Virus record (IMG/VR): IMGVR_UViG_3300044701_002789 | Span: 62,001-126,000 of that record | Strand: one strand, 5' to 3' | Length of the DNA: 64,000 bases | Part shown: positions 35,830 to 45,666 of the stretch, piece after piece | Numbering within the stretch: position 1 is the stretch's first letter | Layout: every line of letters begins with the position of its first letter | Notes under the pieces: model-generated | The model's input: only the letters and a program-made list of their open reading frames with translations | The model's database searches: none | What the model was told of the DNA's origin: nothing | Translations under genes and position numbers: made by a program

Positions 35830-36264
35830 TTATCCCAAACCACTAGCAAAACGCATATATTCAATGCTATTTTTTATTTGAAAAGACCTATTGTGTATCA
35901 TTTTTAAAATATCTTGAAGATATGTAAGCATTATGTCATAATATTCAACCTTCAAGGATGCTTGCGATAAATTTTCATCAGCATCCATATATTTTTGTAG
36001 CGCATCTTTATCCCTTATTTTTTTGGGAAAAGGATTTTGAATATAAACATCAGGATCTGCTTTACCAGTATAGTATTCGTATTTCTGATGTCTGATATTT
36101 CTTTTTTGTTGTTCTGCTTTCTTTTTTAAGAGCATTATATTATTATAAATGTCATAGTATTTGGCATGTAAAATTGGGATATTTAAAGATTCTGTATGTA
36201 GATTGTCTGGATCTATTTTAGAATCTTGTTCCCACATCTCTTGTATTTTATCTAAATCAATCAT
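35830..36264 (-). CDS. uvsY: Recombination mediator UvsY
   Basis: LHAKYY...YYTGKA...IKNSIEY.RF..G; synteny. Confidence 0.88.
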   Translation of the reverse strand: MIDLDKIQEMWEQDSKIDPDNLHTESLNIPILHAKYYDIYNNIMLLKKKAEQQKRNIRHQKYEYYTGKADPDVYIQNPFPKKIRDKDALQKYMDADENLSQASLKVEYYDIMLTYLQDILKMIHNRSFQIKNSIEYMRFASGLG

Positions 36265-36267
36265 AGT

Positions 36268-36828
36268 TTATTTTGTAGGATTTAATGGTTTCCCCGTCTT
36301 GTCCACTATATTATACATCAAATACTTGAATGTGACATCTGCGGTTAAATACTCATTGTCCCTGTTTGTGGCGTCAAACTGGAGAGCACTCAACTGGTAG
36401 GGAAACATGGACTTAAATACTACATTAAAATTGAAGTTTTGACTACTGTTGAGTACCAATAGAGTCCCATCTGAATATAGATTCATATCTGATCTGAAAG
36501 GTTGTTCAAAGATTTCATTAGTCTTTTGCCAATCGTATATTTCTTGAAGACTTTCCGGAAATCCAAGACCCCTCATCCAATTCTGTATTTCCATATAGTT
36601 CTCTAGATTTTCATCAACCAAGAATTTTAATGTAAAATCCTCAAATTCCATTTTGTCACCAGGAACAGGGACATCATTTAAATAGTTTGGTTGATTTGCA
36701 ACTCCCAAAGTAATTCCAGGAATGTTCGCCACATTAGAAAAAAATGCAACCTTTGGCGCTCTATTTAAGGTAAACCTAAAACCAATTGAGGTTAAAAAGT
36801 TCCTATTTTCTATTTGATTTTTTGGCAT
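36268..36828 (-). CDS. gp3: Tail completion / tube terminator gp3
   Basis: NFL..IGFRF...ANIPG...PGDK...FLVDENLENY; late box at 36838-36844. Confidence 0.85.
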   Translation of the reverse strand: MPKNQIENRNFLTSIGFRFTLNRAPKVAFFSNVANIPGITLGVANQPNYLNDVPVPGDKMEFEDFTLKFLVDENLENYMEIQNWMRGLGFPESLQEIYDWQKTNEIFEQPFRSDMNLYSDGTLLVLNSSQNFNFNVVFKSMFPYQLSALQFDATNRDNEYLTADVTFKYLMYNIVDKTGKPLNPTK

Positions 36829-36851
36829 TTTTTTAGTTATTTATTTCCATT

Positions 36852-36876
36852 AAAAAAGGAGTCCCGAAGGACTCCC
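36852..36876 (-). terminator. UUCG-loop terminator after gp23
   Basis: GGAGTCC-TTCG-GGACTCC followed by T6. Confidence 0.88.
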
Positions 36877-36896
36877 TGTAACTTATATGAAATGGT

Positions 36897-38348
36897 TCAC
36901 ATAAGGTTGCGAACTTGTACTCTTCTATAGTATACGTTGCTATTAGGATTAATAGCACCCATACCTTGTGTACGACCTTCCGCAAATGGGTTAGCAACAA
37001 GACCGTAACGAGTCTTGAATCCAATTTTTGGTTGGAAGCTGTTCTCACCAACGGCACGAACCATTTGGAGAGGAACATAAGGACAATAGAAGAGTCCAGC
37101 GTCATAAGGAGAAGAACCCTTATAACCAACAACGTAATACTGGTTAGAACTTACGTTTGCAGCATATGGGTCAATATAGACACGGAACTTACCGAGAAGA
37201 ACACCAGCAAAGGTGTTACCAGTGTCATCAACGTTGAGATTTGCATTAAGAGCAGGAGTGTAATCAAGTACACCAGCCATGCTTAGAGCAGAAGCAACGT
37301 CAGCAGAGCACATGATAACATTACCCTTTCCTCTACGTGTTTGCTGCGCAATAGCGTTAGCGTCACGCTCAATTTGGAAAAGGAGACCTTTGAACTTCTC
37401 AACAGACCAACGACCGTTGGAGTCAACATCAAGGTCAAATGCACCAGCAGTTGCTACGTTTGCCTGAGCACCAGGACGTGCAACCTTGTAAATGGTACGG
37501 ATAACTTCACGGTTAATTTCAGCAAGAATTTCGCTAGACAAAATGTTAGCGAGTTCTGCTTCAGCATTAAGACCATGAATTGCCTTAAGGTCTTGAGCAA
37601 GTTCAAGACTGTACTCAGCTTTCAAAGCACGGGACTTTGCTTCAACGAGAACTTTCTCAATAGAGAAGTTCATTTCGTTGAACTGAGAGTTACCGTAACC
37701 GAGACCTTCTGCGTCAGCAGTGCTCATACCCTGACCAGTGGTATAGGCAAGTTGACCATCTGGGTTCAAGAGACCAGGGTTATCGTTGAAGTTACCTGGG
37801 CTGTTGTTTACACCAGCATTTGTAGTACCGAATCCTACAGTAGATCCAGAACCAACTCTTGCACCATCTACAGATGTGTACTGACCTTGATCTAAATCAA
37901 ACTGACTATTCTGTGCGGAATATGCGGTATCTACTTCGTCGTATAGGTTTTCTGGACCTTGACCTTGGACTTTACCATAGCGTGAACGCATAGCAAAGAT
38001 AAGACCAGTAGGACCATTCATTGGTTGAACGCCAGCGAGGTCATAAGCGACCAAGTTAGGCATTGAACGACGAATGAGACTAATGAGAACGGGGTCAAAA
38101 CCTGCAACTGGGCCTTCAGATGCGGCATAACCACTAAATCCAGCAGAAGTGCCAGAAGCAGTGCTCATGGATGGGGTTTCTGTCAAGAACTCACCATGAG
38201 AGAATGAATTCTGTTCTCTTAAAAATCTTTCTTGGTTTTCGAGCAAGACAGCGGTTACAGCTCTTCTGTGCGAATCTTTGATAGGATCTAATCCATCAAA
38301 GTCAAGAAGCGGTGCCCACTTTTCTTGCAATCTTTCGGATTGAAACAT
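36897..38348 (-). CDS. gp23: Major capsid protein gp23
   Basis: VQPMNGPTGLIFAMR, SRALKAEYSLELAQDLKAIHG, FYCPYVPL. Confidence 0.98.
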   Translation of the reverse strand: MFQSERLQEKWAPLLDFDGLDPIKDSHRRAVTAVLLENQERFLREQNSFSHGEFLTETPSMSTASGTSAGFSGYAASEGPVAGFDPVLISLIRRSMPNLVAYDLAGVQPMNGPTGLIFAMRSRYGKVQGQGPENLYDEVDTAYSAQNSQFDLDQGQYTSVDGARVGSGSTVGFGTTNAGVNNSPGNFNDNPGLLNPDGQLAYTTGQGMSTADAEGLGYGNSQFNEMNFSIEKVLVEAKSRALKAEYSLELAQDLKAIHGLNAEAELANILSSEILAEINREVIRTIYKVARPGAQANVATAGAFDLDVDSNGRWSVEKFKGLLFQIERDANAIAQQTRRGKGNVIMCSADVASALSMAGVLDYTPALNANLNVDDTGNTFAGVLLGKFRVYIDPYAANVSSNQYYVVGYKGSSPYDAGLFYCPYVPLQMVRAVGENSFQPKIGFKTRYGLVANPFAEGRTQGMGAINPNSNVYYRRVQVRNLM

Positions 38349-38402
38349 TGCTTTTACCTCTTTGTAAAAATGAAATTGTTTTTGTTTGATTTAATATTAA
38401 AT

Positions 38403-39605
38403 TCAGCGGTTTGCAACTGCTGAAAGAGTTCTGAGATAAGCGTTCATTGAATCTGAGTGGAACTCAGGTGAAACGTCTACACCTTCAGATAGTGTTTCAG
38501 ATGTTGCTAATGGAGCAACTACTCTTGATGGGAAATATGATTCCCTCAAAGTCTCCAGTTTTTCACGATATTGTGCATCACTTTCAAACTCAACACTTTC
38601 AGCAAGTGAAGCGAGCTTTTCTTTCTGTGTGGTAGCTAGACCTTCAGAAATTTCATCAAAGATTCTGTCTGCAACAGATTCAGATAAACGCTTGTTTAAA
38701 TGAATGTTCTTTTCAATTTGCTCGTTGAGTTTAGTCTCCATATCATCAAGTTTTTCTGCCATACTCTCAAGTACATCATATTTTTCTTCAGGTAATTCTA
38801 CATAATGCTCTTCAAAAAGTTGCTTGAGACCACCAAGGAATGACTCAGTGAGTTCTTCCTTGAGTCCGTTTTGAACGGCAAGAACGTTTTCGTTCATCCA
38901 TTCATCGGCAACATATTCTAGATATGCGTCTACACGCTCTTCTAGTTCTCCTGCGATTTCTTGAACTTGTTCTACAAGACGATTCTCGTATTCAACTTCA
39001 AGAGACTCGCGGATTTCATTAACTTTTGTGCGAAGTGCTGATTCAAAAATCAGTCTTGCTTTTTCTTGGAATTCTTCGGAGAGTTCCTCACCTTCAAGAA
39101 GGGCATTGACATCTTCATCAATGTCAAACTCTTCCTTCATATCATCATCTTCTTCTTCCTTTTTCTTTTTCTTAGAATCACCTTTTCCTTCTTCATCTCC
39201 TTCTTCATCATCTTCTTCATCATCTTCTTCTTCGGTAATCACATCTTCATCTTCATCTTCCATATCTTCTTCAATATAATCTTCATCTTCTAGTTCTTCT
39301 TCTTCCTTTACGGCATCAGACTTTTTAATTCCTTTCATAGGATCGGAACCTTTTGCGCCCTTATTTACAATATCCTTGACTTGCTTAAGGGGAGATCCTG
39401 CATCCTTTAGTTCTGCAGAACCATCGTCTGGTTTGTAATTTTGTGGTGTAGGTCCACCCAAATCTATCCAACTAGTAGATTGACCATCGGGAATACCCGT
39501 AGTCAATTTTTGCATAGGATCTGCTGCTTTAGCGTTTGCATTCACAGCAGTTCTGGATTGCTTAGTGCCTACTTCCATTTCCTGTAGATTTTTGCCACGA
39601 GACAT
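38403..39605 (-). CDS. gp22: Prohead core scaffold gp22
   Basis: Acidic coiled coil, YLEYVADEW; tandem late promoters at 39642-39653. Confidence 0.9.
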   Translation of the reverse strand: MSRGKNLQEMEVGTKQSRTAVNANAKAADPMQKLTTGIPDGQSTSWIDLGGPTPQNYKPDDGSAELKDAGSPLKQVKDIVNKGAKGSDPMKGIKKSDAVKEEEELEDEDYIEEDMEDEDEDVITEEEDDEEDDEEGDEEGKGDSKKKKKEEEDDDMKEEFDIDEDVNALLEGEELSEEFQEKARLIFESALRTKVNEIRESLEVEYENRLVEQVQEIAGELEERVDAYLEYVADEWMNENVLAVQNGLKEELTESFLGGLKQLFEEHYVELPEEKYDVLESMAEKLDDMETKLNEQIEKNIHLNKRLSESVADRIFDEISEGLATTQKEKLASLAESVEFESDAQYREKLETLRESYFPSRVVAPLATSETLSEGVDVSPEFHSDSMNAYLRTLSAVANR

Positions 39606-39663
39606 TTGAAACTCTCCGTTTAACTTTTAATTAAGTAACTATATTTATTTATAATTTAACATT

Positions 39664-40311
39664 TTACAATGAGTTTAAAAACTCATCAAATAGTTCAAGT
39701 TTTTTCTCTTGATACTGTCTTGTTTCAACTAAACGATTTATTTTTGTTCTAGTTTTTTCTATTAACCAAGAATTTCTAGATGCATCATAAATCCATTCAA
39801 CACCTTCCATAATTCCTTGAACAAAGGCATCAGGTGCAGAAGGATCTGCTACAATATCTGCAGCAGTAGCAAGCATGAAATCTTCACCAACTTCTTTATA
39901 ACCTTTATTATTTTCTCTAAGAGAACCAATTCCACGCGAAGAAACACCAAGGGTAACGCCATCATTGAGAAGTGATTCTGCAATTTTTCCCATTGGGGTA
40001 GAAAGAATTTGCGCCTTTCCAATCCAATTATTTCCCTCACATGTAAGAGAAACAATTTTATGAGAAACTCTATCAAGATTTACTGTGGGACCTTCTGGGT
40101 GTCCAAGTTCTCCAAGAGCACGACCTTTTTGAATATAATTTTCATTATAACGTCTCACTTCCTTTTCCATAATTGAAAATGGATACATTCTTCCATTTCT
40201 ATTCACACATTCCGATTGTAAAAAAGGTCCTGTAATATAAAGTCTTTGGGAATCACCCTTACCTTCTTTAATAACTTTAACCTGTTCTATTTCTTCTGTG
40301 ATTAATTTCAT
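39664..40311 (-). CDS. gp21: Prohead protease gp21
   Basis: NRNGRMY, GELGHP, GVSSRGIGS, DIVADPSAPDA. Confidence 0.95.
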   Translation of the reverse strand: MKLITEEIEQVKVIKEGKGDSQRLYITGPFLQSECVNRNGRMYPFSIMEKEVRRYNENYIQKGRALGELGHPEGPTVNLDRVSHKIVSLTCEGNNWIGKAQILSTPMGKIAESLLNDGVTLGVSSRGIGSLRENNKGYKEVGEDFMLATAADIVADPSAPDAFVQGIMEGVEWIYDASRNSWLIEKTRTKINRLVETRQYQEKKLELFDEFLNSL

Positions 40312-40315
40312 TTTC

Positions 40316-40582
40316 TTAGTTGGTGAATCCTACTTTTGATACTTTTATTTCTGCCGATGTCCAAATAACATCTGTTGGAAGTTTTTCCAAAAATTCAACA
40401 GAATTTCCAGGCATTGAAAAGTAGTTACTAGTCGCTGCACCAACTGAAGATGCAATTGCTACCGTAACAATTCCTGAAGTAATATTATGAAGTCTTAAAC
40501 AAGTTGCATTTGATATACTTGATGCCACTCCAGCACTAATTGGAGTAGATATTTCAGATTCAATTATTCTTGTTCTTTGCAT
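40316..40582 (-). CDS. Small hypothetical head-region protein
   Basis: 88-aa ORF; late box at 40604-40610. Confidence 0.7.
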   Translation of the reverse strand: MQRTRIIESEISTPISAGVASSISNATCLRLHNITSGIVTVAIASSVGAATSNYFSMPGNSVEFLEKLPTDVIWTSAEIKVSKVGFTN

Positions 40583-40615
40583 TTTATGAGATTGTATTTT
40601 AACTATTTATTTAAA

Positions 40616-40777
40616 TCATTCTCCTTCAGCATCTTCTGCGTTAAACAGAGAAGATGCTACATGTGGTCTTATTGCTTCAATTCTTTCTGCAGCTTTAGCA
40701 AACAAAACATCTTTAATCGTGTCGCTGATTTGAGCAGGTGACTCATCTGCCACAATCATATTCATAAGTTCTTCCAT
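40616..40777 (-). CDS. 53-aa acidic protein in the T4 gp67 (prohead core) position; not in the ORF track
   Basis: MEELMNMIVADESPAQISDTIKDVLFAKAAERIEAIRPHVASSLFNAEDAEGE; CTAAATA at 40803-40809. Confidence 0.7.
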   Translation of the reverse strand: MEELMNMIVADESPAQISDTIKDVLFAKAAERIEAIRPHVASSLFNAEDAEGE

Positions 40778-40817
40778 AAAAATTAATATGTTAACTATCT
40801 TTTATTTAGATTCTTTT

Positions 40818-42485
40818 TTATTTTGGAGGTTCTACTGCTTTATCATTAACTAATGGTTCTATTGGAACTTGCCCAGAAGCACCATTTATGTTGTCTCCTG
40901 TAGTAGGCATAGGTAGACCTGTAGCAGGATCAATAGGAGCATTGGGATCAGGAATTTTGCCCTCTTCAATTTCTTGTTGAATGAGAATATCTTCTTCCAA
41001 AATCTCTTCATCAGTTTGACGAAGTATTTTTCTTCTAATATAATTTTGTGAGTAATACTTACCGATATATGGTTCCGCAGTTGCTGCCATATTTAATCTT
41101 TCTGTCATTAACTCAGCTTCTTTTAGTTCTGAGAAATGATTATCATACAGGAAGTCATATTGAATATGTTCCCGCATTATCTTCCAATCTTCTGCAGTAA
41201 TTATATTCTTAAGAATTAATTGTGTTTTTAACATGTCGTTAAACATGTTAGAGAATCTTTTTCGCAATCTACCAACAAACTTAGTAAATTTCAGTTCATC
41301 GCGTAGAATTTCAGAAGAACGCCCAAGATTAAATCCACCTTCTCCCCCAATTCTTGTTGGCGGAACATTTAGTGAACGATAAAGTTTTTCTTGGAAATAT
41401 TTAATATCTGTAATCTCTCCGAGATTTTGACCTCCAGGAAGGGTGGTAATTTCTGTACCTCTACCACCTTCTCTTCTAGGCAACCAAAAGTCTTCAAGCA
41501 TACTCATGAATTTTTTATCATCGCGTAGTTCTCCAGTTGATGCATCATAAACAAGTTTATTTCTATAGCGCATCATAACATCACGAAGATATTGCTCTGC
41601 TTTTGCTTTTGGTAGATTGCCAACATCAATGTAAAAAATTCTACGTTCTGGTGCTCTTGATAATCTATAGATAACCAAACTATCTTCAATCATTCGGAGT
41701 TGATTGAGTGATTTAATTGCTTTATGGAGATATGAGAGACAAGTACCTTTATTTCTATCTACTAGACCAGAAGTGCAATAAGTGATAGAATCTCTTGAGA
41801 ACTTTACCCCACCATTTTGCGATGAAGAAGGTGTTCCAGGTTGACCCCCAAGCGATCCAACAGGATATGATGCTTTGGGAGTATACATAAAAAATTCTTC
41901 AATTTCTGGAAAATTATAATCTATTGGGTCATTTAAGTCATTTTTTATTGAACCCACACCTTCGTTCTTTTTCTTTTTCTGCTTTCTGATGAATCTCATC
42001 TTCATTGCATCAATATAACGAAGTTCTTGTATACCTTCTTGTGGATTTTTTATATCAATTAGTTTATGGTAATAGAGTCTACCATCAATATACCAATTTC
42101 TATAAATTTCATGACATTTTTTATCAAAATCTAATAATTCAAGAATATATTTAAATTCTTCTCTTATTTTTTCTTTAATGCCATCACTGGCGTTTAAATT
42201 TGATAATTCTATTTTTACCGGGGAATCATTAGTATCCGAAACAATTGCTTCATTTACAATATCTTCAATGGCACTATCAACTTCTGGATGAAGTGCCATT
42301 TCACGATATCTTTTTATCATTTCAAATTCGGTTCTATAGACACCTTCAATGTCTACATAAGAACCAAAAAATCCACTAGTCAAATAATGGTCAACCCCGT
42401 CCTCATTATTTTGAGGAACGGGGGACACTACTCCAGGTGATTGGAGATTTTTATCGTCAATTGAAAATCCAAATAATCTTGCCAT
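40818..42485 (-). CDS. gp20: Portal protein gp20
   Basis: RLSRAPERRIFYIDVGNLPK, EDFWLPRREGGRGTEI. Confidence 0.97.
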   Translation of the reverse strand: MARLFGFSIDDKNLQSPGVVSPVPQNNEDGVDHYLTSGFFGSYVDIEGVYRTEFEMIKRYREMALHPEVDSAIEDIVNEAIVSDTNDSPVKIELSNLNASDGIKEKIREEFKYILELLDFDKKCHEIYRNWYIDGRLYYHKLIDIKNPQEGIQELRYIDAMKMRFIRKQKKKKNEGVGSIKNDLNDPIDYNFPEIEEFFMYTPKASYPVGSLGGQPGTPSSSQNGGVKFSRDSITYCTSGLVDRNKGTCLSYLHKAIKSLNQLRMIEDSLVIYRLSRAPERRIFYIDVGNLPKAKAEQYLRDVMMRYRNKLVYDASTGELRDDKKFMSMLEDFWLPRREGGRGTEITTLPGGQNLGEITDIKYFQEKLYRSLNVPPTRIGGEGGFNLGRSSEILRDELKFTKFVGRLRKRFSNMFNDMLKTQLILKNIITAEDWKIMREHIQYDFLYDNHFSELKEAELMTERLNMAATAEPYIGKYYSQNYIRRKILRQTDEEILEEDILIQQEIEEGKIPDPNAPIDPATGLPMPTTGDNINGASGQVPIEPLVNDKAVEPPK

Positions 42486-42514
42486 TATTATAATAACTGT
42501 AATTGTTCAGTTAT

Positions 42515-43117
42515 TTAGGCTGCTTTTGGACTTGTAGGATACCAGAACTGAACTTGGAATTCTACGGTGAATTCTTCAATAGTATCTGATGTTTCGTATG
42601 ATAAATCAATCTGGGAAATATTTGTTGGGAAAATATCAACAAATTCATACTGGGCAAGTATGTTTGCATTTCCGCCAGTACCTTGACCACTCTCTTGAGC
42701 GACTACAGCACGACCAAGTTGTCTTACCGTAGCATTTGTCATATAAGATGCTGGTTCAGTAAGTCCACTATGGTCTGAATATTGACCAACATTTTGCATC
42801 CAAGCTTCAAATACTCTTCTGTACATGAAATCTTCATCATTGATAACTGTAATTGTCCAGGTATCAAATGTTCTGTCTCCAGCAACTTTTAAAATTCTAC
42901 CTCTAAATGGTATATCAATTGGTGCTATATTTGATGCTGGTAAAGCAGCTGCTTTACATAAGAATGTGAATTTTTCAGCATCAAATCCAACACTGTCTCC
43001 TTGGACATTAAGATTAATTCCAGGTAGAGAAGGCATTGTTACCTCAAATAGATTGGGTCTGGCGCCTCCACCAGATAGTTTTGTTTTGAATTGTGATAAA
43101 CCTTTAATGGTTGCCAT
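42515..43117 (-). CDS. gp19: Tail tube protein gp19
   Basis: GGARPNLFEV, FRGR.LKVAGDR.F..W, IEEFTVEF. Confidence 0.93.
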   Translation of the reverse strand: MATIKGLSQFKTKLSGGGARPNLFEVTMPSLPGINLNVQGDSVGFDAEKFTFLCKAAALPASNIAPIDIPFRGRILKVAGDRTFDTWTITVINDEDFMYRRVFEAWMQNVGQYSDHSGLTEPASYMTNATVRQLGRAVVAQESGQGTGGNANILAQYEFVDIFPTNISQIDLSYETSDTIEEFTVEFQVQFWYPTSPKAA

Positions 43118-43151
43118 TTTTAGATCCTCCTATTGTAATTAATTATAAAGA

Positions 43152-45338
43152 TCAAACAGAACCTGCAACTTCTTCAAATGAAACACCAGTTCTGGTTGCA
43201 ACAAATGTTAAAGTTACATAATTGATAGACTTAGCTGGTTTTAGGAAAATGTCTGCCCTAAATTCATTATTATCAATAATGTCTGGAGTATTATTGGAGG
43301 CATCGCAACGAACAAGAAATCCGTAAAGACCACGTTTTGCCTGAACATCGCGGAGATATGGTTCAACGACATTGATAAAGTTTGCTCTGGTAATTTCATC
43401 ATTCAATTCAAAGAGTTGAGCCTGCGCAGTTCTCTCTAGTGATTGCTCAATAGTTAAGAATAAGCGACGAACATTAATACGATCAAAAGCGGAAGCGTAA
43501 CCAAGAGCTGTTTTATCACCATAAAGTAAAATTCCAATTCCTGGTTGATTTACAATTGCATTAACTCTTTGTGGATACAATTGATCTCTTTGTGCCTTAT
43601 TTGGATTGTATGCAAGTTTGATTGCATTATTAAGAATTCCTCTTTGTTGTCCAGCTGGTGAGAACCAAGGATAAGCAAAAATGGAAGTTCTTACCATCAA
43701 TCCAGCAACGTCTGGGTTGCAAGGAATATAACGGAATTTATTGTTGAATCTGTCATAAGTGTACTTATAACCTGAATCAAAAACAGCGTATGATGATGAT
43801 GGTAATGGTGCAAAGAATTCAATAATATTATCGGTCTGCGTGTCAGTATTGGTAATATCCACTACCGCTTCGCGGTGAGGAGAAATAACTGCCATGCAAT
43901 CTTTTCTTGAATTTGCAATATCAATCAATGTTCTAGCCTTAGCTTGAGATTGATAGATATCACTTAGACCTGGACCCATGATTAAGTAATCTACTGCAAT
44001 TTCATCTCTATTTGAGAAAAGATTATAAGAAGTGATTAGATCTCCAAGTGTAACATTCATTCCACCATTATCGGAGTAATCTTTACCACCAGTTAAATTA
44101 TAAACTACATTTCCAAGGGCACTAAATGTTTTATCCTGTGCTGGTTCATTCCAGAGACCTTGTGGTGCAGTATAGGCAGTAAAAGAAGAACTAAAACCGA
44201 CTGGAGCAGTATCTTCATTTGCATTTTGATCATCAGAAGGATTGTCGCCAACAAAAAGATACTTTGAATAAAGTGCAATATAATTTTTCCACCAGATTTT
44301 TTGTGGGGAATTTACCGCAGAAATTGCATCAGAAGCTTTTGATAGTCCAATATGCTTTTCTAAGATATTTCCTTGAATTCCTGTAACGGATCCAGTGTCA
44401 TCAATTACAACTACGTGAATTTCATCACTTTTTGAGTTTCTTTCGCCTGCATACTGACTAGTGCCAGGTTTTGGTGCAATTGATCTCCAGAAAACTGAAG
44501 CATTACTTAATTCAATAGTTTGGTTATCATACCAATCAAGAACATTAGATGATCCTAATGTTGCACTAGTAGTTCCTACTCCTGCATTAGTAACAAATGT
44601 TACAACATCACTTGGTCTAAATGATCTCAGATCACTTCTCTGAGCATAAGTGATAGGAATTTCGGCATTAGAACCATCAACTAATGAAACTATTTTAACA
44701 TCAACAGTACGATTAGATGTTGATACGCCAGTTACGATACCTTTTAAGTAACCAGTAAATGTTGTGGTAGTGCCAATTCCAGCCGAAGGTACACTAGTTA
44801 ATGAAGTAGTAACACCATAACCAACTGCTATCTCTTCAATTACGGATGTTGCTATACCAGTAAAAGTTTGATCTGCTTTATCATCAATTACACAAACTTT
44901 TAAGTTATTTGCCCAGGATCCTGGATTTTTTGCTGCAAAAATATAATTTGCAACATCATCTGCATAGTTTGCCTCATAATCATCAAAGTTCTTGATTTTG
45001 AGACTTGGTTCACCTGCAGTTGATACGCCGGATGCATTTCTAATAGCGTTTGCATTCACTAAATTAGAACCACTGGTTCTTACGACCTTAAGAACACCAC
45101 CATAAGAAAGAAAAGAAGATGCACTCATCCAGTATTCGTACTGTGCATCTGTGGAAATTGGTTTTCCAAAAACGTTAATTAACTCTTGCTCTGTAGTGAT
45201 GTCAATTGGTTCATCAATAGGTCCAATTGCAAAAGGTCCTGCAATTGCCCCAATATTATCTAGTACATTATCAGCTCTTCCTACAGTTAAATCAACCTCA
45301 CGGATAAGAACACCGGGAGATAATTGAGGAGTAGCCAT
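43152..45338 (-). CDS. gp18: Tail sheath protein gp18
   Basis: SPGVLIREVD, PWFSPAG..RG, RINVRRLF; late box at 45372-45378. Confidence 0.95.
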   Translation of the reverse strand: MATPQLSPGVLIREVDLTVGRADNVLDNIGAIAGPFAIGPIDEPIDITTEQELINVFGKPISTDAQYEYWMSASSFLSYGGVLKVVRTSGSNLVNANAIRNASGVSTAGEPSLKIKNFDDYEANYADDVANYIFAAKNPGSWANNLKVCVIDDKADQTFTGIATSVIEEIAVGYGVTTSLTSVPSAGIGTTTTFTGYLKGIVTGVSTSNRTVDVKIVSLVDGSNAEIPITYAQRSDLRSFRPSDVVTFVTNAGVGTTSATLGSSNVLDWYDNQTIELSNASVFWRSIAPKPGTSQYAGERNSKSDEIHVVVIDDTGSVTGIQGNILEKHIGLSKASDAISAVNSPQKIWWKNYIALYSKYLFVGDNPSDDQNANEDTAPVGFSSSFTAYTAPQGLWNEPAQDKTFSALGNVVYNLTGGKDYSDNGGMNVTLGDLITSYNLFSNRDEIAVDYLIMGPGLSDIYQSQAKARTLIDIANSRKDCMAVISPHREAVVDITNTDTQTDNIIEFFAPLPSSSYAVFDSGYKYTYDRFNNKFRYIPCNPDVAGLMVRTSIFAYPWFSPAGQQRGILNNAIKLAYNPNKAQRDQLYPQRVNAIVNQPGIGILLYGDKTALGYASAFDRINVRRLFLTIEQSLERTAQAQLFELNDEITRANFINVVEPYLRDVQAKRGLYGFLVRCDASNNTPDIIDNNEFRADIFLKPAKSINYVTLTFVATRTGVSFEEVAGSV

Positions 45339-45420
45339 TTAAAATTCTCCTAACTCAGTTTACCTAAAAAATATTTATTAAAACCTTACTTTTCATTCGG
45401 GAAACGCTGCGTGAACAGAT

Positions 45421-45666
45421 CTACCAGTCAGGATATTCCCACATTTTAACACTTGGAGTATCTTTTCTACTTCCAATGATTCTTTTTTTAGTGCAATTTT
45501 TACATTCATAAGAAAAAGAAGAAGAAACCGGACCTCTATCTTTCCTTGTCCTATAAAATTCATCTATTAAATTTTTAGTCAATCCGCATTTCTTACATCT
45601 TCGTTCATATAAAAATAAATGATCAAGATTTAAATTATCATCTAGATTCATTACAAATAATTCCAC
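45421..45666 (-). CDS. Zinc-ribbon hypothetical protein (start may be 45651)
   Basis: CKKC...FYRTR...YECKNC. Confidence 0.7.
   Translation of the reverse strand: MELFVMNLDDNLNLDHLFLYERRCKKCGLTKNLIDEFYRTRKDRGPVSSSFSYECKNCTKKRIIGSRKDTPSVKMWEYPDW

Noticed and set aside
36833-37132. 99-aa alternative-frame ORF
   Set aside because: Overlaps the 3' end of gp23 and runs through its terminator
39120-39310. TCT/TCA trinucleotide-rich tract as a repeat array
   Set aside because: Encodes the Glu/Asp-rich region of scaffold gp22; no CRISPR-like repeat-spacer structure was seen here or elsewhere
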